Positions 44,969 through 53,295 of a stretch of 53,452 bases of DNA are shown one piece after another. This DNA is from an uncultured Dehalococcoidales bacterium (GTDB lineage: Bacteria > Chloroflexota > Dehalococcoidia > Dehalococcoidales > Fen-1064), in assembly GCA_964510485.1 (NCBI GenBank), contig CAZEBT010000001.1:1-53452 (forward strand). Direction: 5' to 3'. How positions within the stretch are numbered: position 1 is the first letter of the stretch; the number at the start of each line of letters is the position of its first letter. Made by a program: the position numbers and the translations under genes. The notes below the pieces were generated by a model. The model did no database searches. It was not told where the DNA came from and was given only the letters and a program-made list of their open reading frames with translations.

Positions 44969-46495
44969 CTAGTATTCTCTTAGCCTGGGTAACAGGCCAG
45001 GCACCTGCTGGAACACACGGTCTATGGTGGCTCTATCTATGTGGTGGGGTGGCTGCGACATCATCTGCTCCATATTCTCTCGTGCCCTTAGCAGTGTCTC
45101 ATCCACCATGCCTTTGCCCTCAAAGGGGTACGATGGTGTAACTTCACCGGAGCGGAGCGCACTCCGCACAAAGCGCACGTAGAGCTTGTGCGAGGTGCCC
45201 ATCACCCTTCGTACCTGCTCCAAGCACTCTGAAACCCTGTCGCTGGTGATTGATGGTTGCCTGACGAACCGCTTCACCATGTCTATGTGAGTGTTATCCA
45301 GCACTGCCTGGATGGGGCAGAAGGTGTTGGTCCGCTCCAGAAGGCCGAAGGCGTAGTGAATGTACTGGGCGCCGGACAGCGTTACCAGAATGTGGGAAAA
45401 CAGCCTCTCTACAGAAGCCTGTATTCCGGGGACATTCACGTCGGAGATGCCACCGGTGGAATAGCACGGCAGGCCGTAATAGCGTGCCATCTGGACGCAG
45501 TCTATGTTATACTGGCTGAACTCGGGGACTCCGTAGGAGTCATTGAGGTCATCCATGCGTGCCCTCACCGGCACGCTGCCGTAGAGCACCGGTGCTCCCT
45601 TATTCACCAGCTGGGTCAGGGCCATTCCTACCAGAATTTCGGCATTTATCTGGGCTACCATGCCCTCTTCCCTGATTGGGGCGGTGGAGCCACCCTGAGG
45701 AGAGCTGGAGATTACCAGGGGAATGCCTCTTTTAGCTATCTCAATAGCCTTTTGAGTGGTATCGTCCACGAGTTGCAGGGGGCTTTTTACGGTACAGGTG
45801 ATGAAAGAGATGATGGGGTTCTCTTTGAACCTGGCTTCTCCTCCGGCAATGATTTGAGCCATTCCAACCACATTATCCAGCTGGGCAAGCTCCGTTAGCC
45901 CTGACATGACGTGCTTGGTGGTGTTGTTCAGGGAGGCGAAGAACTTGTTCACGTCCTTGTTTTCGTCGTTGATATCGTCATCCTGAATGTTGACTGTGCG
46001 CAGGAAGCTGTCCCACGAATCGAGGTTCTCGCAGAGGTGTGCTGCCTGGGCCAGCCTGTCCACGGTACCCTTTTGCACTCTGAACACGGGGAAATCAGCC
46101 TCGCGAGCCGGGTCCCTCTTGCTGATAAAGGTCTCCACATCCACATCCAGCCAGTTGTTAGCCTCGGAGCCCGAGGCGAAGCGTACCCTTGGTTCACTGC
46201 CATCAAGAATAAGACAGTTGTCCTCATGGCGGGCTCCAAGCTTCACCACCTTGGGTGCTGCCTGCAATGTATCAGAGATAATCTTCTCCGGTATCCTGAC
46301 CAGCCAGCGAGCCGGACCCTCCTGTTCCACAGGTGTAACATCGGCGCCGAAATCACCGTAGACCTCAGCGGCATCGCTGTTAAAGCATATTATGCCGGGG
46401 TCAGCCAGTATATCCAGAGAGGCCTGGTGTATCCTCTCTATCTGCTCCTGGTTAAGTCTCTGATATGGTTCTACTAGTACTCCTTGTCGTGCCAT
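44969..46495 (-). CDS. MttB-superfamily methyltransferase (non-pyrrolysine member)
   Basis: 508 aa with typical MttB-family length and layout and no in-frame TAG. It is a paralog of the upstream gene. Confidence 0.75.
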   Translation of the reverse strand: MARQGVLVEPYQRLNQEQIERIHQASLDILADPGIICFNSDAAEVYGDFGADVTPVEQEGPARWLVRIPEKIISDTLQAAPKVVKLGARHEDNCLILDGSEPRVRFASGSEANNWLDVDVETFISKRDPAREADFPVFRVQKGTVDRLAQAAHLCENLDSWDSFLRTVNIQDDDINDENKDVNKFFASLNNTTKHVMSGLTELAQLDNVVGMAQIIAGGEARFKENPIISFITCTVKSPLQLVDDTTQKAIEIAKRGIPLVISSSPQGGSTAPIREEGMVAQINAEILVGMALTQLVNKGAPVLYGSVPVRARMDDLNDSYGVPEFSQYNIDCVQMARYYGLPCYSTGGISDVNVPGIQASVERLFSHILVTLSGAQYIHYAFGLLERTNTFCPIQAVLDNTHIDMVKRFVRQPSITSDRVSECLEQVRRVMGTSHKLYVRFVRSALRSGEVTPSYPFEGKGMVDETLLRARENMEQMMSQPPHHIDRATIDRVFQQVPGLLPRLREY

Positions 46496-46534
46496 TATAT
46501 TTCTCCTAGTCCACTCTGGTTGCCCGCTATTGGG

Positions 46535-47974
46535 CTAGTCCACGATACCCTTTATCTCTGAGAGTATGCGAGACCTGGTCTCGGCTGGCAGGCTGTGGCT
46601 GCTGGCGGCGATAATCTGCGGTACCATTTTGGCTGCCTTCTCCCAGATAGCCCTCTTTCCTTCTGTCTCCCATTCCTCCCTGTTTTTCCTGTCGCTTAGA
46701 GAGGGCTGATAGTGTTCACTGCGCATATGATTTCTGGTGTGCTTGGCAGCGACAAAATTACCCCCCGGCCCCACCTGCTTGATAAGGTCGAAGGCGAGGG
46801 TATCATCATCTACTCTTATACCTTCAACCGCCCTCATCACCATCCCCAGTATCTCATTATCTATAACGAACTTCTCGTAACAGACTGTCATGGCGAACTC
46901 CATAAGCCCGGCGGCATCGTGGATAAAATTGGCACCGGCCAGGGCACAGAGCAGGCTGGTGAGTGCTGATTCATAGCCGCTCTGGGCATCCAGTGCCTTG
47001 GAGTCTGTCATGCCGCCGGTAGCATAGAAGGGGAGCTTGTAGAACTGTGCCATCTGGGCACCGGCTGCGTTTATCAGTCCCATCTCAACTGAACCCGCAA
47101 GGTAGTTGAGATTTCTCAGGTCCGTGCTGGTAGCCACTGACCCGAAGATGACGGGTGTTCCTGGGTTGGCAATCTGGGTGAGCATCACGCCCATCAGTGA
47201 GTCTACGGTTTGAATAACCAGGTTTCCGGCAAGAGTGACCGGTGAAGTAGCCCCGCACAATGGCTCAGCAGGACACACCACTGGAATACCACTCTCAGCA
47301 ATAGCCACTACCAGGTCGCCGTAATGTGCATCCATTTTCATAGGGCTGATACTGCAGGTTATCATGGAGATTAGGGGACGCTGCCGCAGCGCTTCGGCGG
47401 AGCCGGCCACTATCTCAGCCATCCGTATCACCTGTTTCACCCCGTCAAGGGTGTAGACACCGCCCATGATATGCTTGGCGCTGTTGTCCAGCCCGGCAAA
47501 AAAGCGGTTTACATCCACCTGCTCGGTGGGCAGCTCGCTGGGATATGTGGGCAACATGAACAGGTGAATATTGTCCAGCCGGTCAACAAGCTTGGCAATA
47601 CGTTTCAGGTCTTCCAGAGTAGCCGACCGCCTGTTATCGGTAGCCGGCTCATATATATAGAGCGCAGTTCCTCCCGTACCGGCGTACACACGGTTGCCGC
47701 CGAGGAATATATCGTGTTTCTTATCCTGGCCGCAAAGCCGGACATCCGATGGCGCCTCATTAATTAGTTCCAGCGCCATCTCCTGTGGTATGCGAACCCG
47801 GCGTTCTTGCCGGTCTACCCAGGCTCCGGCTTTGCTGAAGAGTCCTAGAGCTGTCTCTGAGTTTACCTCAAAGCCTATTTCCTCGATTACCCGCATTGCG
47901 GTCTGGTGAACCTTGGCTACGGACTCTTCAGTGAGTGGCTTGAAACTGCCCCCAGCTAACCCTTTCTGAATCAT
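46535..47974 (-). CDS. MttB-superfamily methyltransferase (non-pyrrolysine member)
   Basis: The track ORF runs to 48028 and would overlap the upstream gene by 43 nt. The internal ATG at 47974 (MIQKGLAGG) lies 11 nt after the upstream stop and 14 nt after AGGAGG. There is no in-frame TAG. Confidence 0.75.
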   Translation of the reverse strand: MIQKGLAGGSFKPLTEESVAKVHQTAMRVIEEIGFEVNSETALGLFSKAGAWVDRQERRVRIPQEMALELINEAPSDVRLCGQDKKHDIFLGGNRVYAGTGGTALYIYEPATDNRRSATLEDLKRIAKLVDRLDNIHLFMLPTYPSELPTEQVDVNRFFAGLDNSAKHIMGGVYTLDGVKQVIRMAEIVAGSAEALRQRPLISMITCSISPMKMDAHYGDLVVAIAESGIPVVCPAEPLCGATSPVTLAGNLVIQTVDSLMGVMLTQIANPGTPVIFGSVATSTDLRNLNYLAGSVEMGLINAAGAQMAQFYKLPFYATGGMTDSKALDAQSGYESALTSLLCALAGANFIHDAAGLMEFAMTVCYEKFVIDNEILGMVMRAVEGIRVDDDTLAFDLIKQVGPGGNFVAAKHTRNHMRSEHYQPSLSDRKNREEWETEGKRAIWEKAAKMVPQIIAASSHSLPAETRSRILSEIKGIVD

Positions 47975-47985
47975 ATCCCTGAACC

Positions 47986-48663
47986 CTACCTCCTGCCGGG
48001 GCAATCCTGTTTCGCACAGGTGGTGCACGGGTCATAACCCGTTATGCTACCGTTGCGGGAGCCAATACCAACAATGCCTGATATTGATTTCCTGGGTGTC
48101 ATCAGGCAACTGTCATTAAGCCGGATACCCGCAGAATCACCATTCATGGCCTGGAAGAGCATCTTCTGCTGGGCTACTTCCCAGTCACAGTAGCCAGGAC
48201 TGAAGCGCCGGCTTGTGCTGAGCCCCCGAGCACCGGCTGCCTCAGCTATCGTGTCCTGTACAAAGTGGACAACCTTCTTGGTGGCTCTTGACCCGATTGC
48301 ATCCAGCACTCTGGCCTGGAGTATGAGTCCACTCTCGGTGAGGTGGGAGACCATCCCTTCAAGGCGGCTGCCAATTGTCGCTACAAATACCGCCACCTCA
48401 TCGCATTGCTCAAGCAGTCGTGCGACAACATCACTTTCGAAGACAACCAAGCCCTCAATGATAACACTTGAGCCTTGAACCGAATAGATGTCCCTGATGG
48501 CATACGAATATGAGGTATCAATGAGGTAGTTGGCGTACTCCAGGTAATCATTTACCAGAGACACTGCACGAGCCGGTGGCTCACGGTCAGTATTATACCC
48601 GATGTCGTGTAATACCTGCTGCCTATCAATGTCGATGCCGATACGGTTACTTATAGCTAGCAT
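47986..48663 (-). CDS. Methionine-synthase (MetH) activation-domain-like protein
   Basis: 225 aa. The motif FSPGYCDWEVAQQKMLFQAM...IRLNDSCLMTPRKSISGIVGIG matches the pattern of the B12-dependent methionine synthase activation domain. A C-terminal Cys cluster reads CTTCAKQDCPG. Confidence 0.6.
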   Translation of the reverse strand: MLAISNRIGIDIDRQQVLHDIGYNTDREPPARAVSLVNDYLEYANYLIDTSYSYAIRDIYSVQGSSVIIEGLVVFESDVVARLLEQCDEVAVFVATIGSRLEGMVSHLTESGLILQARVLDAIGSRATKKVVHFVQDTIAEAAGARGLSTSRRFSPGYCDWEVAQQKMLFQAMNGDSAGIRLNDSCLMTPRKSISGIVGIGSRNGSITGYDPCTTCAKQDCPGRR

Positions 48664-48936
48664 ATTTCCTTCTCCTTACCTGTGCCTGGGTCATAGGTGT
48701 TTGGGTGTTTGATTTTCAGGACACATACCTCCCCTCACGTACGATTTTTTATCAATCATATGAATAACAGCGGGGGGGAATGGCTACAACTCGTAGTACC
48801 ATAATTGGGGCATTGGTGAGCGTAAAAACAAATCTGTGGGAGTTACATACAGAATGAGGTGCCGGGGCAGTCTCTGACAGGAGTTAAAGGTGAGTGGATA
48901 CTAACGAATTAGCCCGGTTGCCTGTGGATGGACCGG

Positions 48937-49023
48937 TCACTCGAATAGTAATTCGTGGAAAGAAGTGGAATATGGGGTTGGGAACAGGTATATTACTTGC
49001 CAACCTTTTTGGCTAATAATCAT
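48937..49023 (-). CDS. Candidate 28-codon small ORF with a strong SD (hypothetical)
   Basis: It is below the 60-aa cut-off of the track. AGGAGG (49036-49031) lies 7 nt before the ATG at 49023. It encodes MIISQKGWQVIYLFPTPYSTSFHELLFE with a TGA stop at 48939-48937. The candidate promoter is TGGACA (49089-49084), a 17-nt spacer, then TATCAT (49066-49061). Confidence 0.25.
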   Translation of the reverse strand: MIISQKGWQVIYLFPTPYSTSFHELLFE

Positions 49024-49239
49024 AGCTCGGCCTCCTGGTTTGATTAAAGCGGTCATGGACATGATACATCATTATCCAGGCCTTGTCCAGTGCCGACGAT
49101 AGCATCTGTCTCTACTGCACAATATTTGGTTCTTGCTGCTCAGCCCGTCCTATCATCTGTAATTGCTTGTCAGCCAAGGAGATAAGGACTCAAATGGTAG
49201 TAGCTGTGTAAGAAATTAAGAGCTACCCGGAATCCGTAT

Positions 49240-50676
49240 TTACTCTGGCATCTTCCACGGGGATTCTCCAATCGGGGGCCTGTCCTTATAATCAGGATGG
49301 TCTGTTTTAATCCCCATACTGTACCTGGCAGCAGCCTTGAAGCGCTCCCAATCAGCCTGCTGGTACAGGACCATCCTCTGGGTTGACAGAGAACCCTCCG
49401 CATGAATGGTAAGGACTCCGTTAAAGGTAGAACCCTCTTGGATGACCATGTTAATGGCTCGTATCCTCTCCTCGGTTGAATACTGGGCATCTCCCTGCAG
49501 ATATTTCTCTAGGTAAGGGCGGGTCTCGGGGTTCTCCCAGTCTTTCATTGAAGGCATGGTAGCAGCAATCCCTCCGGTTATATCCTGCAGGTACTTCATT
49601 GCCTCATGCCACTGGGAAGCAAACCAGTACTTAGCACAATTGGTATAAACCGGGTTTGGCCGCGCCTGGCCTGTCTCGGGGTCAACTGTGCCGGATAAAG
49701 CGGCGGCTCTACCCAGGGCTTCGGTTACAGTGGCATACATGGCAAACCAGGCCAGCATGTCCTGGATACGAGTAGCATGCGTCAGCCCATTATATTCTGC
49801 CACCAGCCTAGCCAGCCCGGCCAGGGCATCCAGTTGTGAAGATTTGTAGGTGGCGGCAGTGAGACGGTGGTAGCGCGCAAAGGAGGTAGCTATTTCCCTG
49901 GTAAACTGCCATTCACCAGCCAGGAAAACCCTCTCCCAGGGGACGAAAACATTGTCAAAGGTTATCATAGGATGCCCCCCACCAAGTGCCCCCGCAGTTG
50001 CCAGGAAGGTTACTCCCTTGGCATTACACGGCACGGCGCAAGCTACAGCATAATCTTTGCCCGTCTCATTGTGGTTACGAGAGGGGAGTAGCATTAGCTC
50101 ATTGGAGATAATGGCCTGGCTGATGTGTAGCTTACAACCGGTTATAACTATACCGTCGCTGTTTCGGTCAACTATCCTGACGTAGAAGTCCTTGTGGGCC
50201 TGTCTTGGGTCTTCGGCGTGAAACCTCCTGTGACCCTTGGGGTCACTTACCGCGGCACAGATGCTGGGGTCGTTTTTCTTACACCATGCCCGGTATTTAG
50301 CCATGTTTTCGGCATAATGGGTTCCCATTGCTGCATCCACCTGAGAAGTACCAAAGGCGACCCCATTCAGGCCATCAATGCCGGTCAACCGGGAGCCTCC
50401 AGCTCCCAGGCGGCCTAACGTCTGAAGAATGTCTCTACGCCTTTGAAGGTCCTCGGGAGTTTCGGGCACTTTAAAAGAGAAAGGAACCTCTTCTCCGCCC
50501 TCCATCATGGTGAACAGGTCTCGGTGTTCAGGGAGCGTAGCTACGTAAAATTCTGAAGCAGCCCGCTCCACCGCATGTTTATATCGTGTTGGTACATCCT
50601 CAACCCTCTCCCCATCCTGGTAGACCACCCTGCCATCCCTCAGGCTTTCTACATATTGTTCAGGTGTTCTAATCAT
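49240..50676 (-). CDS. 4-hydroxybutyryl-CoA dehydratase / 4-hydroxyphenylacetate 3-hydroxylase (AbfD/HpaB) family protein
   Basis: 478 aa with the family N-terminus MIRTPEQYVESLRDGRVVYQDGERVEDV, then SDPKGHR, ITFDNVFVPWERVFL and YHRLTA. It lacks the Cys residues expected for the AbfD [4Fe-4S] site. Confidence 0.75.
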   Translation of the reverse strand: MIRTPEQYVESLRDGRVVYQDGERVEDVPTRYKHAVERAASEFYVATLPEHRDLFTMMEGGEEVPFSFKVPETPEDLQRRRDILQTLGRLGAGGSRLTGIDGLNGVAFGTSQVDAAMGTHYAENMAKYRAWCKKNDPSICAAVSDPKGHRRFHAEDPRQAHKDFYVRIVDRNSDGIVITGCKLHISQAIISNELMLLPSRNHNETGKDYAVACAVPCNAKGVTFLATAGALGGGHPMITFDNVFVPWERVFLAGEWQFTREIATSFARYHRLTAATYKSSQLDALAGLARLVAEYNGLTHATRIQDMLAWFAMYATVTEALGRAAALSGTVDPETGQARPNPVYTNCAKYWFASQWHEAMKYLQDITGGIAATMPSMKDWENPETRPYLEKYLQGDAQYSTEERIRAINMVIQEGSTFNGVLTIHAEGSLSTQRMVLYQQADWERFKAAARYSMGIKTDHPDYKDRPPIGESPWKMPE

Positions 50677-50745
50677 GGTGCCTCCTTTTTTTATTCATAT
50701 TCCCATAATTTAATTTGTCATAATTTGTCGTCGTATCACCCCTCC

Positions 50746-51384
50746 TTACTTTATTTTGCTCCTGTTAATAAGTATCTGTTTCAAGATCGCATTTGTCTGT
50801 TGCTTTGCATATTCTTCATCTGTGAACAGGTCTTTTAGAAGCCACCATTTCGTGGCAAATTGAATCCGTGACATGTAAATGTTGAAGGCTGCCAGGAAAA
50901 CATTATCGACCTCGAATTCTGCCGCTTTTATTCCATCATTAAGCAGGTTCTCAAAGAAGTGGATTAGGCTCCGGACCGATTCAGAATATGCTTGCTGCAT
51001 GTCAAATCCCATGTGCACCCTTTCACGGTCAAGGAAGACGGTCTGCTCTAGTGCGGTTTGCTCTACCGTAAGCCAGCGTTTGGTACAAGCACGAAGGGCT
51101 TCGCTTGGGCTGACATCACCGAGGTTCTTCCTGAGGGCCTTAACCGATTCGTGGGCATATATGGCGTTTCGGGTGACCATAAGGACAATTTCATCTTTTG
51201 ATTTCACATAGTGATACAACCCTCCTGTGGTCATGCCGACTGCCATGGCTAGTTCACGCATCGATGTATTCGTCACTCCTTTCTCTAAAAAAAGGTGAAT
51301 CGCCGCATTAAAAATCTGTTTTTTCCGCTCTGAGGCTGTTTTTTCTTTCTTGTTCTGCTCAAGGACTCGGCTGGTCGTGTCCAA
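50746..51384 (-). CDS. TetR/AcrR-family transcriptional regulator
   Basis: 212 aa with a TTG start 5 nt after GAGGTG. The N-terminal HTH reads IFNAAIHLFLEKGVTNTSMRELAMAVGMTTGGLYHYVKSKDEI. Confidence 0.9.
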   Translation of the reverse strand: MDTTSRVLEQNKKEKTASERKKQIFNAAIHLFLEKGVTNTSMRELAMAVGMTTGGLYHYVKSKDEIVLMVTRNAIYAHESVKALRKNLGDVSPSEALRACTKRWLTVEQTALEQTVFLDRERVHMGFDMQQAYSESVRSLIHFFENLLNDGIKAAEFEVDNVFLAAFNIYMSRIQFATKWWLLKDLFTDEEYAKQQTNAILKQILINRSKIK

Positions 51385-51411
51385 TTTTTCACCTCACTGC
51401 TTAGACACATC

Positions 51412-51449
51412 GGCAATGTACATACCTAACGTTCGGTATGTATATTGCC
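51412..51449. promoter_or_regulatory. Near-perfect 38-bp palindrome; probable TetR operator
   Basis: GGCAATGTACATACC-tAACGTTc-GGTATGTATATTGCC. The 15-bp arms have one mismatch and the centre is the palindrome AACGTT. It lies 28-65 nt upstream of the tetR start. Confidence 0.6.
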
Positions 51450-51711
51450 AGTGAGATAATAACGCAAAATCGGTGACTTGTCAATTATTTGCAGGCGTTT
51501 GTTATTCACGATTTCTAGGGGACCTCTTTTAGCCCCAAATTCTTCCCCGTAGAGGTTGTGGCAAATCAACAAGCCCATACTCTGCACAATACCGACCAAT
51601 CCACAAAATCTGTCACCGGAGGTGGGCTATGTGATTGACGGCAGGCTACTACCTGCTTACAGGCTTCACACTATTTCCTGCATAGCTAGAATGCAGTTTC
51701 CTGGCGGGGAG

Positions 51712-52692
51712 TCAGCTAATCGTTATCTGGCAGCGGGACAGGGAGACCTCTCTGCCACCCAGGTGGTACTTATAGTGTTCACCGCCTTTCAGGAAATCAA
51801 ACCTCTTCCTGCCTCTCTGGATGCTATCCCTGATGTAGAGGGCTTTGGAGAGTAAGCCTACGCTCAGGGAGCTGTACCGGGGGTCGTAACCGCTGTTGTA
51901 CAGGTAGATGGTATCATTGTAGTCAAGGGCAATGACGGCGGCTATCGGTATGGTATCCAGTTTCAGAATGCCTGAACTCAGCAGTCCGGCTTCAGCCATG
52001 ACCCCGGTCACTGACCTGAAGAAGGCTGACATTTGCTCTGTCAGAAAGGTTGCCTTGTCCTCGCGACTCTCTACGAACATTCTCAGGAAGATGTCCATAA
52101 ACTCCGGCACGGAGTCTGCCCTGTCGATAAAGGTGTAATCTATGCTGCCTGCCTCCTCCAGTCTCCGTAGTTTGCGCTTTACCTCATGGCGCTGCTTGCT
52201 CTTCAGTAGCTGCAGGTATTCGTCCCAGGTAGGTGGCAGTTCAACCTCCAGGGAGATGTCATCCTGATGGCAGGAGACCCTGTAGTCAAGCTGCTGTGCC
52301 GTATCTACCAGATTGGAAACGGCTGTGGAGTCGGGCCTCAGTGACCTCAGGTCAAGAAGGTTGACCCCCCTGTGCTTCAGGTTTTCAAGTAGCGCCTGGA
52401 AGAAGTCACGCTCCTTGCCTGAGGCAACAATGAAGTCTGCGTAGTCACAGACATCCGGACTGCTAATGATAGAAGCGACCCTGTCCCTGATTAGTAGCGG
52501 GGCAATACCTGTTACCCTGTCTTCCCATCTGACGGTGAGAAAACAGGGCGTGGTCTCCGGGGCAAACGATTGCCACCAGACCTTGAGCCACGGCGGCAGT
52601 ACGAATGGTATAGTCCACCTCAGCTCATGTCCCTGGTCCCTCCAGTAAGATGTGAACCAGTCAAAGCTCTCCTCGGTGACACTGTAAGCCAT
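51712..52692 (-). CDS. GNAT-fold acetyltransferase of the CelD/BioF2-like (FemAB-related) type
   Basis: 326 aa. The size and the C-terminal pattern (IAAVIALDYNDTIYLYNSGYDP...RFDFLKGGEHYKYHLG) resemble the Acetyltransf_6/CelD family. Confidence 0.5.
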   Translation of the reverse strand: MAYSVTEESFDWFTSYWRDQGHELRWTIPFVLPPWLKVWWQSFAPETTPCFLTVRWEDRVTGIAPLLIRDRVASIISSPDVCDYADFIVASGKERDFFQALLENLKHRGVNLLDLRSLRPDSTAVSNLVDTAQQLDYRVSCHQDDISLEVELPPTWDEYLQLLKSKQRHEVKRKLRRLEEAGSIDYTFIDRADSVPEFMDIFLRMFVESREDKATFLTEQMSAFFRSVTGVMAEAGLLSSGILKLDTIPIAAVIALDYNDTIYLYNSGYDPRYSSLSVGLLSKALYIRDSIQRGRKRFDFLKGGEHYKYHLGGREVSLSRCQITIS

Positions 52693-52748
52693 AGATACAG
52701 CAATCAGTGTAGCACTTTGCTATGGCCGAATCAACGAGGCAGGAGGGC

Positions 52749-53156
52749 TCACGTCTCTAGCTCGTTGAGCCCGGTGTAATCATCGGTGTAACGGTGAAGC
52801 TGGTAGTCAAGTTCGCCTATTACTACCTCTGCGGTGGAGAAAGTCCTTGCCTCAGCAAGGTGTCCTCCACGGCACATGTCTCGCCCGGAGAGCTGGATAT
52901 GCACGTGGACTATCGTCTCATCATCCTTGAGGGCTACGGAGCCCTGGGCGCAGACAATCTCCAGCGGTCCGGTGTAGCCCTCGGTCACATATTTGCCGGG
53001 TAGCTCCATCAGGAAGTTGAGCCTGGCACTCCTGACAGAGCCTATGATACCAATGACCACCCCGGAGGAAATTTTGTTCCGGTGGCAGTAGCGGGCTATC
53101 TCGCTGGCGAGTTCCTGGTCGGGTTTAACCCGGAATACATGTACTTTCTTGAACAA
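52749..53156 (-). CDS. PPC (DUF296) domain protein
   Basis: The track ORF extends to GTG 53252, but AAGGAGG lies 6 nt before the TTG at 53156 (LFKKVHVFRVKPDQEL). The DUF296 pattern is GIIGSVRSARLNF...EIVCAQGSV...VHVHIQLS...GGHL. Confidence 0.6.
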   Translation of the reverse strand: MFKKVHVFRVKPDQELASEIARYCHRNKISSGVVIGIIGSVRSARLNFLMELPGKYVTEGYTGPLEIVCAQGSVALKDDETIVHVHIQLSGRDMCRGGHLAEARTFSTAEVVIGELDYQLHRYTDDYTGLNELET

Positions 53157-53295
53157 CGGCTGCCTCCTTTTTATGGACTTTTTCCTGCTACCTTTATATG
53201 TCAGATATTGTAGCGCATGTTGGCAGTTTTGCACAGGTGCATTTTGTGGCACTTATCCGGCTTGCTGGGTTATACTGGCAAAGGGGGATAGTCTG

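Noticed and set aside
44969-48028. Possible pyrrolysine (in-frame TAG) MttB genes, or a nearby pylT tRNA in the 48.7-49.2 kb gap
   Set aside because: Both MttB-family ORFs are uninterrupted at about 480-508 aa, so no TAG read-through is needed. I could not find a cloverleaf with a CUA anticodon loop in the gap. They are non-Pyl family members.
48850-48930. Cobalamin riboswitch: the + strand string AGCCCGGTTGCCTG loosely resembles a B12 box
   Set aside because: It is on the wrong strand for the corrinoid operon and no + strand gene lies downstream. The remaining conserved elements (GGGAA / GGUGAAAAUCC-like / CCACUG) are not recognisable on either strand. A covariance-model scan is needed to be sure.
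49170-49490. 106-aa minus-strand ORF overlapping the 3' end of the AbfD/HpaB-family gene in another frame
   Set aside because: It is on the same strand and nested within the longer, motif-bearing ORF. It has an Arg/Leu/Pro-rich composition and is an out-of-frame artefact.
51556-51855. 99-aa + strand ORF spanning the tetR-GNAT gap and the 3' end of the GNAT gene
   Set aside because: It overlaps the well-supported minus-strand GNAT gene and has no SD or recognisable motif.
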